Shown: positions 31,768-42,188, numbered from the stretch's first letter. The stretch: DNA of 64,000 nt from an uncultured Gemmatimonadaceae bacterium (GCA_963751275.1 CAVVTZ010000009.1:224001-288000), one strand, 5' to 3'. Translations and numbers: made by a program. The notes: generated from the letters alone by a model not told the origin.

Positions 31768-32229
31768 ATGGAACTGCTGATCCGCCGCGCCGTCGCCGAA
31801 GATTCTCTTGCGCTCACGGCGCTCGCGCGCCGCAGCAAGGCGGATTGGGGCTACCCGCCGGAATGGCTCAAGATCTGGGAGCCGGATCTCACGATCGGCG
31901 CGAATTACATCGCGGACAATCGCGTCTACGTCGCCACCGTCGACGGCAAACTCGCCGGCATGATCGCCGTCGAGGACCGCACCCTTTCGTGGACGCTCGA
32001 GCACGTGTGGGTCGATCCTGCGCAGCAAGGGATGGGCGTGGGCACCGCGCTCGTGCGCCACGCCCTCGCCGAGATCCGTGCCGTGCGCCGAGGCATGGTG
32101 CAGGTCGCCTCCGATCCACACGCCACCGGGTTCTACCAGGCACTCGGCGCCGTTGCCGCGGGGAATGCACCCGCGCCGATGCCCAACGCGCCGGGCCGCA
32201 CGCTGCCGCTGTTCAAGTTCACGGTGTGA
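31768..32229 (+). CDS. GNAT N-acetyltransferase
   Basis: SKADWGY, QGMGVGTAL, SDPHATGFY. Confidence 0.88.
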   Translation: MELLIRRAVAEDSLALTALARRSKADWGYPPEWLKIWEPDLTIGANYIADNRVYVATVDGKLAGMIAVEDRTLSWTLEHVWVDPAQQGMGVGTALVRHALAEIRAVRRGMVQVASDPHATGFYQALGAVAAGNAPAPMPNAPGRTLPLFKFTV

Positions 32230-32250
32230 CCATTACCTAGCGAGGAACCC

Positions 32251-32643
32251 ATGGCCGCAGCCGATCTCTCCGACGCCACCGTCGGGCAGCTGATGATCCC
32301 GGTGTCCGACCTCGACGATGCCGTCGCGTTCTATCGTGATGTGCTCGGCCTGAAGTTGCTCTTCGCGGCGCCGCCGCAGATGAGCTTCTGGCAAACGGGC
32401 AACGTGCGCCTGCTCGTGGGCGTCCCCGAGGCGGGCCAGTCCGCGAACCGCGGATCGATGATCTACTTCAAAGTGGCCGACATCCACGCGGTGCACGCGA
32501 CGCTCAAGACGCGCGGCGTGAAGTTCTTCGCGGAGCCGCACCTCGTGCACCGCACGCCCACGAGCGAACTCTGGCTCACCGAGTTCCGCGATCCCGACGG
32601 CAATCAGCTCGCACTGATGAGCGAAGTGGCGGTGAAGGCGTAG
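32251..32643 (+). CDS. VOC/glyoxalase family protein
   Basis: AVAFYRDVLGL, FRDPDGNQL. Confidence 0.9.
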   Translation: MAAADLSDATVGQLMIPVSDLDDAVAFYRDVLGLKLLFAAPPQMSFWQTGNVRLLVGVPEAGQSANRGSMIYFKVADIHAVHATLKTRGVKFFAEPHLVHRTPTSELWLTEFRDPDGNQLALMSEVAVKA

Positions 32644-32827
32644 CGCGTCTGTAGGCCTTTTCCTGATTGGCGCACTGGGCTTCAGCGTCCCATTCTGCTG
32701 GTGGCTGGATTGTCCACGCGCCCAATGACCAGCCTGCCCTCGCTTCCTCATTAGAATCTGCTTAGGTTGGGACGCGCAGAAGGGCAGTGAATTCGCGCGT
32801 AGTCGAGTGCACTCAGGGGGTGTTGTT

Positions 32828-34439
32828 ATGGCACGACTGTTCCGTTCCACCGCGGCGATCGCCGCACTGCTCGTGGCCGGCGCCATGCCGTCGCTCGCGC
32901 AGGCAGCGAAGAAGCCCAACATCGTCGTCATCATGGCCGACGACATCGGGTGGTTCAACATCGGCGCGTACAACCGCGGCATCATGGCGGGCAAGACGCC
33001 GAACCTCGACCAGATGGCCGCCGAGGGCATGCTGTTCACCGACTACTACGCCGAGGCCAGCTGCACGGCCGGCCGCGCGAACTTCATCACCGGTGAACTC
33101 CCCATTCGCACGGGTCTCACCACGGTGGGCCAGGCCGGCTCGCTGATCGGCATCCCCGCGGAAGCGGTCACCATCGCGCAGGTGCTCAAGTCGATGGGCT
33201 ACGCCACGGGCCAGTTCGGCAAGAACCACCTGGGGGACCACAACAACTTCCTCCCCTGCGTGCACGGCTTCGACGAGTTCTTCGGTTACCTCTATCATCT
33301 GGACGCGATGGAGGACCCCGACCACAAGAACTATCCGCAGAACCTCCGCAACACCGTCGGGCCGCGCAACATGGTCTCGTGCGTCGCGACCACCAAGAAC
33401 GATCCCACCGTGCAGCCGCGCTGGGGCGAGATCGGCATGCAGACGATCAAGGATGAGGGCCCGTTGCCGCCGCTCCGCATGGAGACGGTGGACGACGAGA
33501 TCCTCGCGCGCGCGCTCGACGTTCCTCGACAAGGCGAAGAAGGACGGCAAGCCGTTCTTCCTCTGGCTCAACCCGACGCGCATGCACGTGATCACGCATC
33601 TCGCGCCGAAGTACAACGACATGCGCACGTCCGAGAACGGGTGGTCGATCCAGGAAGCCGGCATGTTCCAGCTGGACGAGATCGTCGGCAGCGTGATGAA
33701 GAAGCTCAAGGACATGGGCGTGGATGACAACACGGTGCTCGTCTTCACGACGGACAACGGCGCCGAGAACTTCACCTGGCCCGACGGCGGCCAGACGCCC
33801 TTCGCGGGCGGCAAGGGAACGGTGCTGGAAGGCGGCTTCCGCGTGCCCGCGATCGCGCGCTGGCCCGGCAAGATCAAGCCGGGTTCGGTGCAGAACGGGA
33901 TCTTCTCCGGTCTCGACTGGTTCCCGACGTTCGTCGCCGCGGCCGGCAATGCGAACATCGCGGCCGAGCTGAAGGCGGGCGCGACGATCGGCGGCACGAA
34001 GTACAAGGTGCATCTCGACGGCTACAACCAGATGGATGCGCTCACCGGCAAGGCCCCGTCGGCGCGCCACGAAGTGTTCTACTTCGCCGAGAGCACGCTG
34101 GGCGCGGTGCGCATCGATGATTACAAGTACCGCTTCATCGACCAGCCGGGCGGTTGGCTCGGCGGAACGATCAAGCCCGATTGGCCTATCCTGGTGAACC
34201 TCCGCCTCGATCCCTTCGAGCGCACGGGTCTGCCGAATGGCGCGAACGGCTCGCTCGCGTTCTATAACTGGTACGCGTTCGAGTTCTGGCGCTTCGTCTA
34301 TGCGTCGAACGAGATCGGCATGTACGCGCAGACGTTCCTGGAATTCCCGCCCATGCAGCGCGGCGCAAGCTTCAATCTCGAAGCGCTGAAGGCGGAGCTG
34401 GAAGCGAAGATGGCGGCGATGGCGAAGGTCTCGGAGTAG
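32828..34439 (+). CDS. Arylsulfatase (frameshift near 33520)
   Basis: Signal peptide, KPNIVVIMADD, SCTAGRA (CxAxR formylglycine motif), GKNHLG, TTDNG, GKG..EGGFRVP. Confidence 0.92.
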
Positions 34440-34454
34440 GCCGCCCCTCGTTGC

Positions 34455-34490
34455 CGACGGCCCCGCGCAAGACATTGCGCGGGGCCGTCG
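34455..34490 (+). terminator. Hairpin after sulfatase, probable terminator
   Basis: CGACGGCCCCGCGCAA-GACA-TTGCGCGGGGCCGTCG; same stem as 57015-57050. Confidence 0.65.
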
Positions 34491-34516
34491 TGTCTTCCTC
34501 CCTTTCTCAGAATCAC

Positions 34517-34753
34517 ATGATCACTCTGCGCGACAACGACAACGGCCAGCTCATTGGCTCGGTAACGGAAGAGGAATTCCAGGTGCTCGTCGATGCGCTC
34601 GAGGAGGAATCCGACGAGGACACGGATTACTACATCGAGGCCGGCACGATCGAGATGCTCGAGGACGACGGCGCGCCGGAGGGTCTCGTGAAGCTGCTGC
34701 GGGATGCGCTGGGCACACGCGACGGCGTCGAGATCGCCTGGTCGAGGGCGTAG
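34517..34753 (+). CDS. Small acidic hypothetical protein
   Basis: MITLRDNDNGQLIG...LEEESDEDTDYYI; typical codon usage. Confidence 0.75.
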   Translation: MITLRDNDNGQLIGSVTEEEFQVLVDALEEESDEDTDYYIEAGTIEMLEDDGAPEGLVKLLRDALGTRDGVEIAWSRA

Positions 34754-34786
34754 GCCAACGGCCCAGTGATAGTCATACCGCGGATC

Positions 34787-34940
34787 GTGGTGGCTTCCCG
34801 CTGGACGAACGAACGGCGACGTTGGACGTTGGCCCGCGTGGAGGCTGGTTGCTGAGAGTGGGGGGCCACTCCTAGTCTCCAAGCGCCACGCGGGCTAACG
34901 TCCAACGTCGCCGTCCGTTGGTCCATCTGGAAGCCACCAC
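34787..34940. repeat. Hairpin family E copy 2 (inverted relative to copy 1)
   Basis: GTGGTGGCTTCC..ACGGCGACGTTGGACGTT...AACGTCCAACGTCGCCGT..GGAAGCCACCAC; interior matches the reverse complement of copy 1. Confidence 0.88.
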
Positions 34941-34962
34941 TCCAAGCAGTTGAGGACTTTGA

Positions 34963-35709
34963 GTGTCCGATAAAGTCGTGATCATCACCGGCGCGAGCAG
35001 CGGCATTGGCGCCGCGCTGGCCGAGCTCCTCGCCAAGCAGGGCGACTCCGTCGTCCTCGTCGCCCGCCGCGCCGCCGAACTCAAGGCCGTCGCCGACCGC
35101 TGCGGCCCCATGGCCCTCGCGATCGTCGCCGATGTCACCCACCGCGGCGAGGTGAAGCGCGTCATCGCCGAGTCGATCGCGCGGCTCGGCCGCATCGATG
35201 TCCTGGTCAACAATGTGGGGCAGGGGATCACCCGCGCGCCGAGCCAGCTCACCGACAGCGACATCGATGACATGATTCGCACGAACGTGAAATCCGCCAT
35301 CTACGGCATGCAGGAGATCCTGCCGCACTTCCAGTCGCGTGGCGAAGGGCACGTCATCAACATCTCCTCGATGCTCGGCCGCATGCCCTTCGCCGTCATC
35401 CGCTCGGCGTACACTGGCGCGAAGCACTTCCTGAATGCCATCACCGCGATGTTCCGCACGGAGGTGCAGGCGACGTACCCGAACATCCAGTTCTCCCTCG
35501 TGTCGCCGCCGGTGGTGCACACCGATTTCGGCTTGCACGCGATGCACGGCGGCCCCGACTCTCGGCAGCTGCCCGGAGGCCAAGAGGTGGATGAGGTCGC
35601 GAAAGTGATCGCGGGCGTGATCGCGTCGCGGCGGCCGGATGTCTATACGCGCGCAGGCTCGAAGGCCGCGGTGAGCGCGTACTTCGAGAAGACGGGCGAG
35701 GATCCGTGA
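34963..35709 (+). CDS. SDR family oxidoreductase
   Basis: ITGASSGIG, VLVNNVG, YTGAK. Confidence 0.92.
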   Translation: MSDKVVIITGASSGIGAALAELLAKQGDSVVLVARRAAELKAVADRCGPMALAIVADVTHRGEVKRVIAESIARLGRIDVLVNNVGQGITRAPSQLTDSDIDDMIRTNVKSAIYGMQEILPHFQSRGEGHVINISSMLGRMPFAVIRSAYTGAKHFLNAITAMFRTEVQATYPNIQFSLVSPPVVHTDFGLHAMHGGPDSRQLPGGQEVDEVAKVIAGVIASRRPDVYTRAGSKAAVSAYFEKTGEDP

Positions 35710-36245
35710 TGCCACCTCGCGTGCCCGCCGCGCTCCGCTGGCTGCTCGCGCTCATGGTGCTTGGCACCAGCCTGCGCCTCTGGGCCGGCATCGCGGTGCC
35801 CGTGCTCGATATCTCGGACAAGGGCCAACTCTGGGCCGGGCTCGGCGCCGGACTCGCGATGGCGTTCATCGCGCGCTATCTCACGCGTGGCCACGAACTC
35901 GGCATGGGCAACGCGCCCCCCTGGCTCGCCCGCTCGATCGTCGCGTTACTCGGGTTCTCACTCGGCGTACTGCTGGGATCCGGATTGTTCCTCGCGGGGA
36001 ACGCGCTGCTCGATCGCGCACCGGTGCAGTGGACGACGTTCACGGTAGAAGGCCATCCGCGCGGGCGGAATGGGAGCCGATTGGAATTGCGGGAATACCT
36101 CGGCGATGGATCGGTGCACGAGGTGTGGATTCCCGACACGCGCGGGACCGCGAATCTGTCCATCGGCGAGAAGGTCGAGCTGCCGATCAGGCCCGGGGCG
36201 TTCGGGTCGCCTTGGATGGATGGAGCGGTGCGGATGGCGCCGTGA
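35706..36245 (+). CDS. Membrane hypothetical protein
   Basis: Three TM segments; overlaps upstream stop. Confidence 0.6.
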   Translation: MMPPRVPAALRWLLALMVLGTSLRLWAGIAVPVLDISDKGQLWAGLGAGLAMAFIARYLTRGHELGMGNAPPWLARSIVALLGFSLGVLLGSGLFLAGNALLDRAPVQWTTFTVEGHPRGRNGSRLELREYLGDGSVHEVWIPDTRGTANLSIGEKVELPIRPGAFGSPWMDGAVRMAP

Positions 36246-36402
36246 TCGGGCAACAGCAACGAACTGCATTTGACAGGATGACAGGATGAACAGGATAACT
36301 GCTGATGACAACTTGAGGCGTGAGCGCCTCAAGTTGTCATCAGCAGTTATCCTGTTCATCCTGTCATCCTGTCAAAGCAGTTCGTTGCTGTTGCCCGATC
36401 AC
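36242..36402. repeat. Near-perfect hairpin (family B)
   Basis: 79/78-nt arms with one bulge, TGAG loop at 36321-36324; TTTGACAGGATGACAGGATGAACAGGAT. Confidence 0.95.
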
Positions 36403-36461
36403 TTGCCATCCCGCTCCCCCAAGCCCAACATAGACATGCCCGCCCCATGGGAGATCGCACC

Positions 36462-38285
36462 GTGGCCCCGACGAACGTCTCGGACCCGAAGTACTACCAC
36501 AAAGTCGTCGACTGCCAATGGGCATGTCCTGCCCACACGAACGTCCCGGAATACCTCCGCCTGATCGCGCAGGGCCAGTATTCCGATTCCTACATGCTCA
36601 ATCGCGAATCGAACGTCTTTCCCGGCATCCTGGGAAGGACCTGCGACCGCCCGTGTGAACCTGCCTGCCGCCGCGGCCGAGTGGACGGCAAACCGGTCGC
36701 GATCTGCCGCCTGAAGCGCGTTGCCGCCGATCTGCGCGACGACATCACCGACCGCCTCCCCACCGCGCCTCTCATCAAGAACGGCAAGCGTATCGCCCTC
36801 GTCGGTTGCGGCCCCGCGTCGCTCACGGTCGCGAACGATCTCATGCCGATGGGCTACGAGTGCGTGATCTTCGAGAAGATGGACCGCTCAGGCGGGCTCA
36901 TGCGCATCAATATCCCTGCCTTCCGTCTTCCCGCCCACGTCCTGGATGAGGAGATCGAGTACATCACGAACATGGGCGTCGAGGTCCGCTACAACGCGCC
37001 CGTGAACAGCATGAAATCCCTGCTCGCCGAGGGCTTCGACGCGGTGTTCGTCGGCAGCGGCGCGCCCAAGGGGAAAGAGCTGGACATCCCCGGCCGCAAC
37101 GACCCCGCGATCGCGGCGAACATCCAGATCGGCATCGAATGGCTCGCGTCGGTCCACTTCGGCCACATCGAGAAGATCGGCAAGCGCGTGCTCATCATCG
37201 GCGTCGGCAATACGGCCATGGATTGCTGCCGCACGTCGAAACGGCTCGGCGCCACCGATGTGAAGGTCATCGCGCGCCGCGGCCGCCGCTATTTCAAGGC
37301 GAGCCCGTGGGAATTGGAGGACGCTGAAGAAGAATTGGTCGAGATCGTCGAGAACCACGCCCCCAAGCGCTTCGTGATCGAGAAGGGGAAGCTCGTAGGG
37401 ATGGAGTTCGAAGTGCTCCGCTGGACCGTGAGCCCCGACGGCAAGCAGTCGAGCGAGGTGCTCGACACCGTGACGCTCCCGTGCGACGACGTGATCCTCG
37501 CGATCGGCCAGGACAACGCCTTCCCCTGGATCGAGCGCGACATCGGCATCGAGTTCGACAAATGGGAGATGCCGGTGGTGGACAAGACCACCTACCAGTG
37601 CTCGCGCCCCGGCGTCTTCTTCGGCGGCGATGCCGCGTGGGGCCCGCTCAACATCATCTGGGCCGTGGAGCACGGGCACCAGGCCGCGATCTCCATCCAC
37701 AACCATTGTCAGGGCCTCCCGATCACGGATCGACCGTCGTTCGGGATGAATCTCGTGAGCGCGAAGATGGGCATGCACGCGTGGAGCTACAGCAACGACT
37801 ACAATCCCAGCCCTCGCGCGAAGATGAATCACGAGGAGCTCGTGAAGCGCTTCACCGACGTCCACATCGAGGTTGAACTCGGCTTCACCCCCGAGCAGAC
37901 CGCGCGCGAAGTGGAGCGCTGTTTGAACTGCGACATCGAGACGCACTTCACCGCGAACCTCTGCATCGAGTGCGATGCCTGCGTCGATGTGTGTCCAGTG
38001 AACTGTCTCACCATCGCCCCCGGCGGCGAAGAGAGCGACCTCCGCACTCGCCTGATGGCCCCCGCGACCAATCTGACGCAGGACCTCTACATCTCACCGG
38101 AATTGCCGCAAACGAAACGCGTGATGCTGAAGGATGAAGACGTCTGTCTTCACTGTGGTTTGTGCGCCGAGCGCTGCCCCACGGCAGCCTGGGACATGAG
38201 AAAGTTCGAGCTCGAGATCCCCTACGCGTTCGGCAGTGGCGGTGTAGTGGCAGGCGACAGCCAACAGCCGACAGCCAGCCGTTAG
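36462..38285 (+). CDS. GltD-like FAD/NAD(P)H oxidoreductase with C-terminal 4Fe-4S ferredoxin domain
   Basis: CQWACP, GRTCDRPCEPAC, GCGPA, CIECDACVDVCP, CLHCGLCAERCP. Confidence 0.92.
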   Translation: MAPTNVSDPKYYHKVVDCQWACPAHTNVPEYLRLIAQGQYSDSYMLNRESNVFPGILGRTCDRPCEPACRRGRVDGKPVAICRLKRVAADLRDDITDRLPTAPLIKNGKRIALVGCGPASLTVANDLMPMGYECVIFEKMDRSGGLMRINIPAFRLPAHVLDEEIEYITNMGVEVRYNAPVNSMKSLLAEGFDAVFVGSGAPKGKELDIPGRNDPAIAANIQIGIEWLASVHFGHIEKIGKRVLIIGVGNTAMDCCRTSKRLGATDVKVIARRGRRYFKASPWELEDAEEELVEIVENHAPKRFVIEKGKLVGMEFEVLRWTVSPDGKQSSEVLDTVTLPCDDVILAIGQDNAFPWIERDIGIEFDKWEMPVVDKTTYQCSRPGVFFGGDAAWGPLNIIWAVEHGHQAAISIHNHCQGLPITDRPSFGMNLVSAKMGMHAWSYSNDYNPSPRAKMNHEELVKRFTDVHIEVELGFTPEQTAREVERCLNCDIETHFTANLCIECDACVDVCPVNCLTIAPGGEESDLRTRLMAPATNLTQDLYISPELPQTKRVMLKDEDVCLHCGLCAERCPTAAWDMRKFELEIPYAFGSGGVVAGDSQQPTASR

Positions 38286-40124
38286 ATGTCTGCCGTTAAC
38301 GACTTCGCGATCAAGATCGCAACAGTGAACGGCACCGGAAGCGCGAGCGCGAACGGTCTGTTGATGCAGACCATCTTCCGCATGGGCATCCCCGTCAGCG
38401 GCAAGAACATCTTCCCCTCCAACATCCAGGGCCTCCCCACCTGGTACGAGATCCGCGTCAGCGGCCAGGGCTACACCGCGCGCCCGCCCGAGATCGATCT
38501 CGTCGTCGCGCTCAACAACTCCACATACGCGAAAGACGTCGCCGCCGTGCGCCCGGGCGGTTATCTCCTCTACGATTCCAGCTGGCCCCTCAATGCCGCG
38601 CTGAAACGCGACGACATCACGATCCTCGGCGTCCCCTTCGGCAAGATGTGCGTCGAGACCTTCGAGCGGGACCGCGACCGCACGCTGCTGCGCAACATCG
38701 CCTACGCCGGCGCGCTCGCGGCGCTCCTGTCGATCGACATGGAGATCATCACCGAGGCGCTCACCGAGAAATTCAGCAAGAAGAAAGCGCTGCTCGACGC
38801 GAACTTCACCGCGATCAAGCTCGGCTACGATTTCGCGAAGGCCCACTTCAAGTGCCCGCTCGATTTCCATCTGCAGAAGATGGACGCCACGAGCGGCCAC
38901 ATCCTGATCGACGGCAACACTGCCAGCGCGCTCGGCGCCGTCTACGCCGGCGCGACCGTGGGCGCGTGGTACCCGATCACGCCGGCCACGTCGCTGATGG
39001 AGGCGTTCAAGGAATTCTGCGAGCGCTACCGCGTGGACCCAAGAACGAAAGAGAAACGCTTCTGCATCATCCAGGCGGAAGATGAACTGGCCGCCGCCGG
39101 CATCGTGATCGGGGCAGGGTGGGCGGGCGCGCGGTCGTTCACGTCCACGGCGGGCCCCGGCATCGATCTCATGAGCGAATTCATCGGGCTCGCGTACTAT
39201 ACCGAGACGCCGGCCGTCTTCTTCGATGTGCAGCGCACCGGCCCCAGCACGGGAATGCCCACGCGCACGCAGCAAGGCGACCTGATGTCCATCGCCTACG
39301 CCTCGCACGGCGACACCAAGCACATCATGATCTTCCCGTGCAATCCGGAAGAATGTTTCTCGATGAGCGTGGAGAGCTTCGACCTCGCCGAGCGTTTCCA
39401 GACGCCGGTATTCGTCGTGAGCGACCTGGACATCGGGATGAACGACTGGATGTGCAAGCGTCTCACGTGGGACGACAGCTTCCGCCCGGACCGCGGCAAG
39501 GTGCTCGGGCCGGCGGAGCTGGAGAAGATCAAGAAGTTCAATCGTTATCTCGACCTCGACGGCGACGGCATCGCCGCGCGCACCTTGCCGGGCCAGAGCG
39601 CGAAAGGCGCATATTTCTCGCGCGGATCGGGCCACGACAAGTACGGCGGCTACACCGAGGACAGCGACGCGTACCAGGAGGTCGTGGACCGGATCGCGAG
39701 GAAGATCAACGGCTCCGCGCCTTCGCTGCCCGCACCCGAGATCATCAAGCAGAAGGGCGCCAAGATCGGCATCGTGTCCATCGGCGGCTGCCACGCGGCG
39801 GTAAAGGAGGCCTGCGACGTGCTCGCCGCCGCCGGCACGAAAGTGGACTACATGCGCATCCGATCGTTCCCCTTCGATAAACCCGTACTGGATTTCCTGG
39901 AGGGCCATGAGAAAGTGTTCGTCGTGGAGCAGAACCGCGACGCCCAACTCCGCGCCCTGTTGACCATCGAAACCGGTTTCCCGCGCGACCAGATGACCGC
40001 CGTGCTGGACTACGCCGGCCTGCCCCTCACCGCCAAGGTAGTGATCGAAGCCGTCTCGCCGCCGACAGCCGACAGCCGACAGCCCGCCCGTGCAGTTAAG
40101 AAGAAGAAGGGTGCCCCCGCATGA
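38286..40124 (+). CDS. korA: 2-oxoacid:acceptor oxidoreductase alpha subunit
   Basis: WYPITPAT, QAEDELAA, VQRTGPSTGMPT. Confidence 0.92.
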   Translation: MSAVNDFAIKIATVNGTGSASANGLLMQTIFRMGIPVSGKNIFPSNIQGLPTWYEIRVSGQGYTARPPEIDLVVALNNSTYAKDVAAVRPGGYLLYDSSWPLNAALKRDDITILGVPFGKMCVETFERDRDRTLLRNIAYAGALAALLSIDMEIITEALTEKFSKKKALLDANFTAIKLGYDFAKAHFKCPLDFHLQKMDATSGHILIDGNTASALGAVYAGATVGAWYPITPATSLMEAFKEFCERYRVDPRTKEKRFCIIQAEDELAAAGIVIGAGWAGARSFTSTAGPGIDLMSEFIGLAYYTETPAVFFDVQRTGPSTGMPTRTQQGDLMSIAYASHGDTKHIMIFPCNPEECFSMSVESFDLAERFQTPVFVVSDLDIGMNDWMCKRLTWDDSFRPDRGKVLGPAELEKIKKFNRYLDLDGDGIAARTLPGQSAKGAYFSRGSGHDKYGGYTEDSDAYQEVVDRIARKINGSAPSLPAPEIIKQKGAKIGIVSIGGCHAAVKEACDVLAAAGTKVDYMRIRSFPFDKPVLDFLEGHEKVFVVEQNRDAQLRALLTIETGFPRDQMTAVLDYAGLPLTAKVVIEAVSPPTADSRQPARAVKKKKGAPA

Positions 40125-41176
40125 CCTCCATCACGAAACCCCCAGTCACCCACCCCGGCCTCAAGAAGAACCAACTCGGCCTCACGACGCGTGACTACGA
40201 AGGCGCGATGTCCACCCTCTGCGCCGGCTGCGGCCACGACTCCGTCACCGCCGCCCTGATCACCGCCTTCTGGGAATGCGATGTGCCGCCCCACATGGCC
40301 GCGAAACTCAGCGGCATCGGGTGCTCGTCCAAGACCACCGCGTACTTCATGAAGCAATCGCACGGTTTCAATTCCGTGCACGGCCGCATGCCCGCGATGG
40401 CGAGCGGCGCGAACGCGGCCAATCGCGATCTGATCTGCATCGGCATCTCCGGCGATGGCGATTCCCTCTCGATCGGACTCGGCCAGCTCAGCCACGCGAT
40501 CCGTCGCAATATCAGCCTGCTCTACGTGATCGAGAACAACGGTGTGTACGGACTCACAAAGGGACAGTTCTCGGCGTCATCCGACTTGGGCTCCAAATCC
40601 AAGAAGGGCGAAGCCAACGTCTCGCCGCCGATCGATCCGTGTCTGCTCGCGCTCACCCTTGGCGCGACCTTCGTCGCCCGCTGTTTCTCGGGCGACAAGA
40701 AACAGCTCGTGCCCATCCTCAGCGCCGGCCTGCGTCACAAGGGATTGGCGCTCATCGATGTGATCAGCCCATGCGTGACGTTCAACGATCACGAGGGCTC
40801 AACCAAGAGCTATCGCTACACCCGCGAGCACACGAGCGAGGTGGAGTGGGGCGATATGGTCCCACTGCGCCGCGAGATCACCGCCCCCGATGCCGACGCC
40901 GATGTCGTGACCGTCACCATGCACGACGGTGTGTCGATGCGATTCCGGAAGACCACCGGCGGCTACGATCCCACCGACCGCGAGGCGGCCTACGCCCACG
41001 TGCGCGCCTGCCAGAAACGCGGCGAGGTCGCGACCGGTTTGCTCTTCATCGATGAATCGGGGCACGACATGCATGCCGTGAATCACACCGTCGAGCGGCC
41101 GCTGGTGGACGTGCCATACGAAGAGCTCTGCCCCGGCAGCGCCGCGCTCGAAGAGTTGATGGGAGAGTTCCGCTGA
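40121..41176 (+). CDS. korB: 2-oxoacid:ferredoxin oxidoreductase beta subunit
   Basis: LCAGCGH, SGIGCSS, HGR, GDGD..NNGVYGLTKGQ. Confidence 0.92.
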   Translation: MTSITKPPVTHPGLKKNQLGLTTRDYEGAMSTLCAGCGHDSVTAALITAFWECDVPPHMAAKLSGIGCSSKTTAYFMKQSHGFNSVHGRMPAMASGANAANRDLICIGISGDGDSLSIGLGQLSHAIRRNISLLYVIENNGVYGLTKGQFSASSDLGSKSKKGEANVSPPIDPCLLALTLGATFVARCFSGDKKQLVPILSAGLRHKGLALIDVISPCVTFNDHEGSTKSYRYTREHTSEVEWGDMVPLRREITAPDADADVVTVTMHDGVSMRFRKTTGGYDPTDREAAYAHVRACQKRGEVATGLLFIDESGHDMHAVNHTVERPLVDVPYEELCPGSAALEELMGEFR

Positions 41177-41562
41177 CGGAATCCCTTCCGCCGACGGACG
41201 ATCGCCGGCCTCCCGCGACGATATTCATCGGCGCGCTGATCATCGGCGCTGGATTCATTTTCGGCGCGCCGCACGTTGGGGTCGTGATGATCACGTCCCT
41301 CCTCGGCCTTACGATCTGCGCGTACGGCTGTTATCGGTGGGCGCAAACCGCCAAACCGGCACAGATGGTCGCGTGGGGTATTGTTGGCGCTGCCACGCTG
41401 CCCATGCTTTCCAAGATGATCGTGTTCTCGCTTCATGATTGGGACTTCTTTCCTTACATCGCTCTAGCGGCGGTGTCCGTCATCGGGGTCGTGCTTCTGA
41501 TCGTCGGGATCTGGCGCTGGCTTCGCGAGCGCGACAGCTATCTGACGACGACTTTACGATGA
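41173..41562 (+). CDS. Small membrane protein (start uncertain)
   Basis: Hydrophobic frame open from a CTG overlapping the korB stop to an ATGA overlap with the next gene; first canonical start 41284. Confidence 0.55.
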   Translation: MTESLPPTDDRRPPATIFIGALIIGAGFIFGAPHVGVVMITSLLGLTICAYGCYRWAQTAKPAQMVAWGIVGAATLPMLSKMIVFSLHDWDFFPYIALAAVSVIGVVLLIVGIWRWLRERDSYLTTTLR

Positions 41563-42188
41563 ACCTTCTCATCCTCGGCGCCTCTGGCGCGACCGGAAAG
41601 TTGCTTGTTGCCCAAGCGATCGCGGCGGGACATCGTGTCACCGCGGTCTCGCGGCATCCGGAGCGGATCGGGACGGCGCATGCGAATCTCACGATCAGCA
41701 CTGGCGACGTCGCGGGCGATCCGGGTGTGATGGTGAAGATGCTGCCGGGCCATGACGCCGTGCTCAGCACGCTCGGACGCGGACTGTCGTTCTCGCCGCA
41801 GGCATTGATGGCGCGCAGTGCCGCGAATGTCATTCCCGTCATGGAACGGCTCGGGCCACGCCGGCTCGTATGGCTGTCGGCGTACGGCGTGGCGCCTGAC
41901 TACGACGGCGCGACGGGAATGACGAGGCTTTTCTTCAGTACGTTGCTGCGGGGGATATATGCTGACAAATCGCTCGGCGAGGCGGCGGTGCGGGGGAGTG
42001 GGTTGGAGTGGACGTTGGTGAATCCCGTGATGCTCACGAACGATCCGCCGATCGCGAACTATCGTGCGATCGAGGAGCTTCGCGGAGTGAGTGGGGCGAA
42101 GATTCCGCGCGCGAATGTGGCGGCGTTCATGTTGAAGTGTGTGACCGACCGTGGCACTATCTCTAAGAGATTGATCGTCGCGCCTTAG
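41559..42188 (+). CDS. NAD(P)H-binding protein (flavin reductase / BVR-B-like)
   Basis: LILGASGATG, HDAVLSTLG, IYADK, SGLEWTLVNP. Confidence 0.88.
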   Translation: MNLLILGASGATGKLLVAQAIAAGHRVTAVSRHPERIGTAHANLTISTGDVAGDPGVMVKMLPGHDAVLSTLGRGLSFSPQALMARSAANVIPVMERLGPRRLVWLSAYGVAPDYDGATGMTRLFFSTLLRGIYADKSLGEAAVRGSGLEWTLVNPVMLTNDPPIANYRAIEELRGVSGAKIPRANVAAFMLKCVTDRGTISKRLIVAP

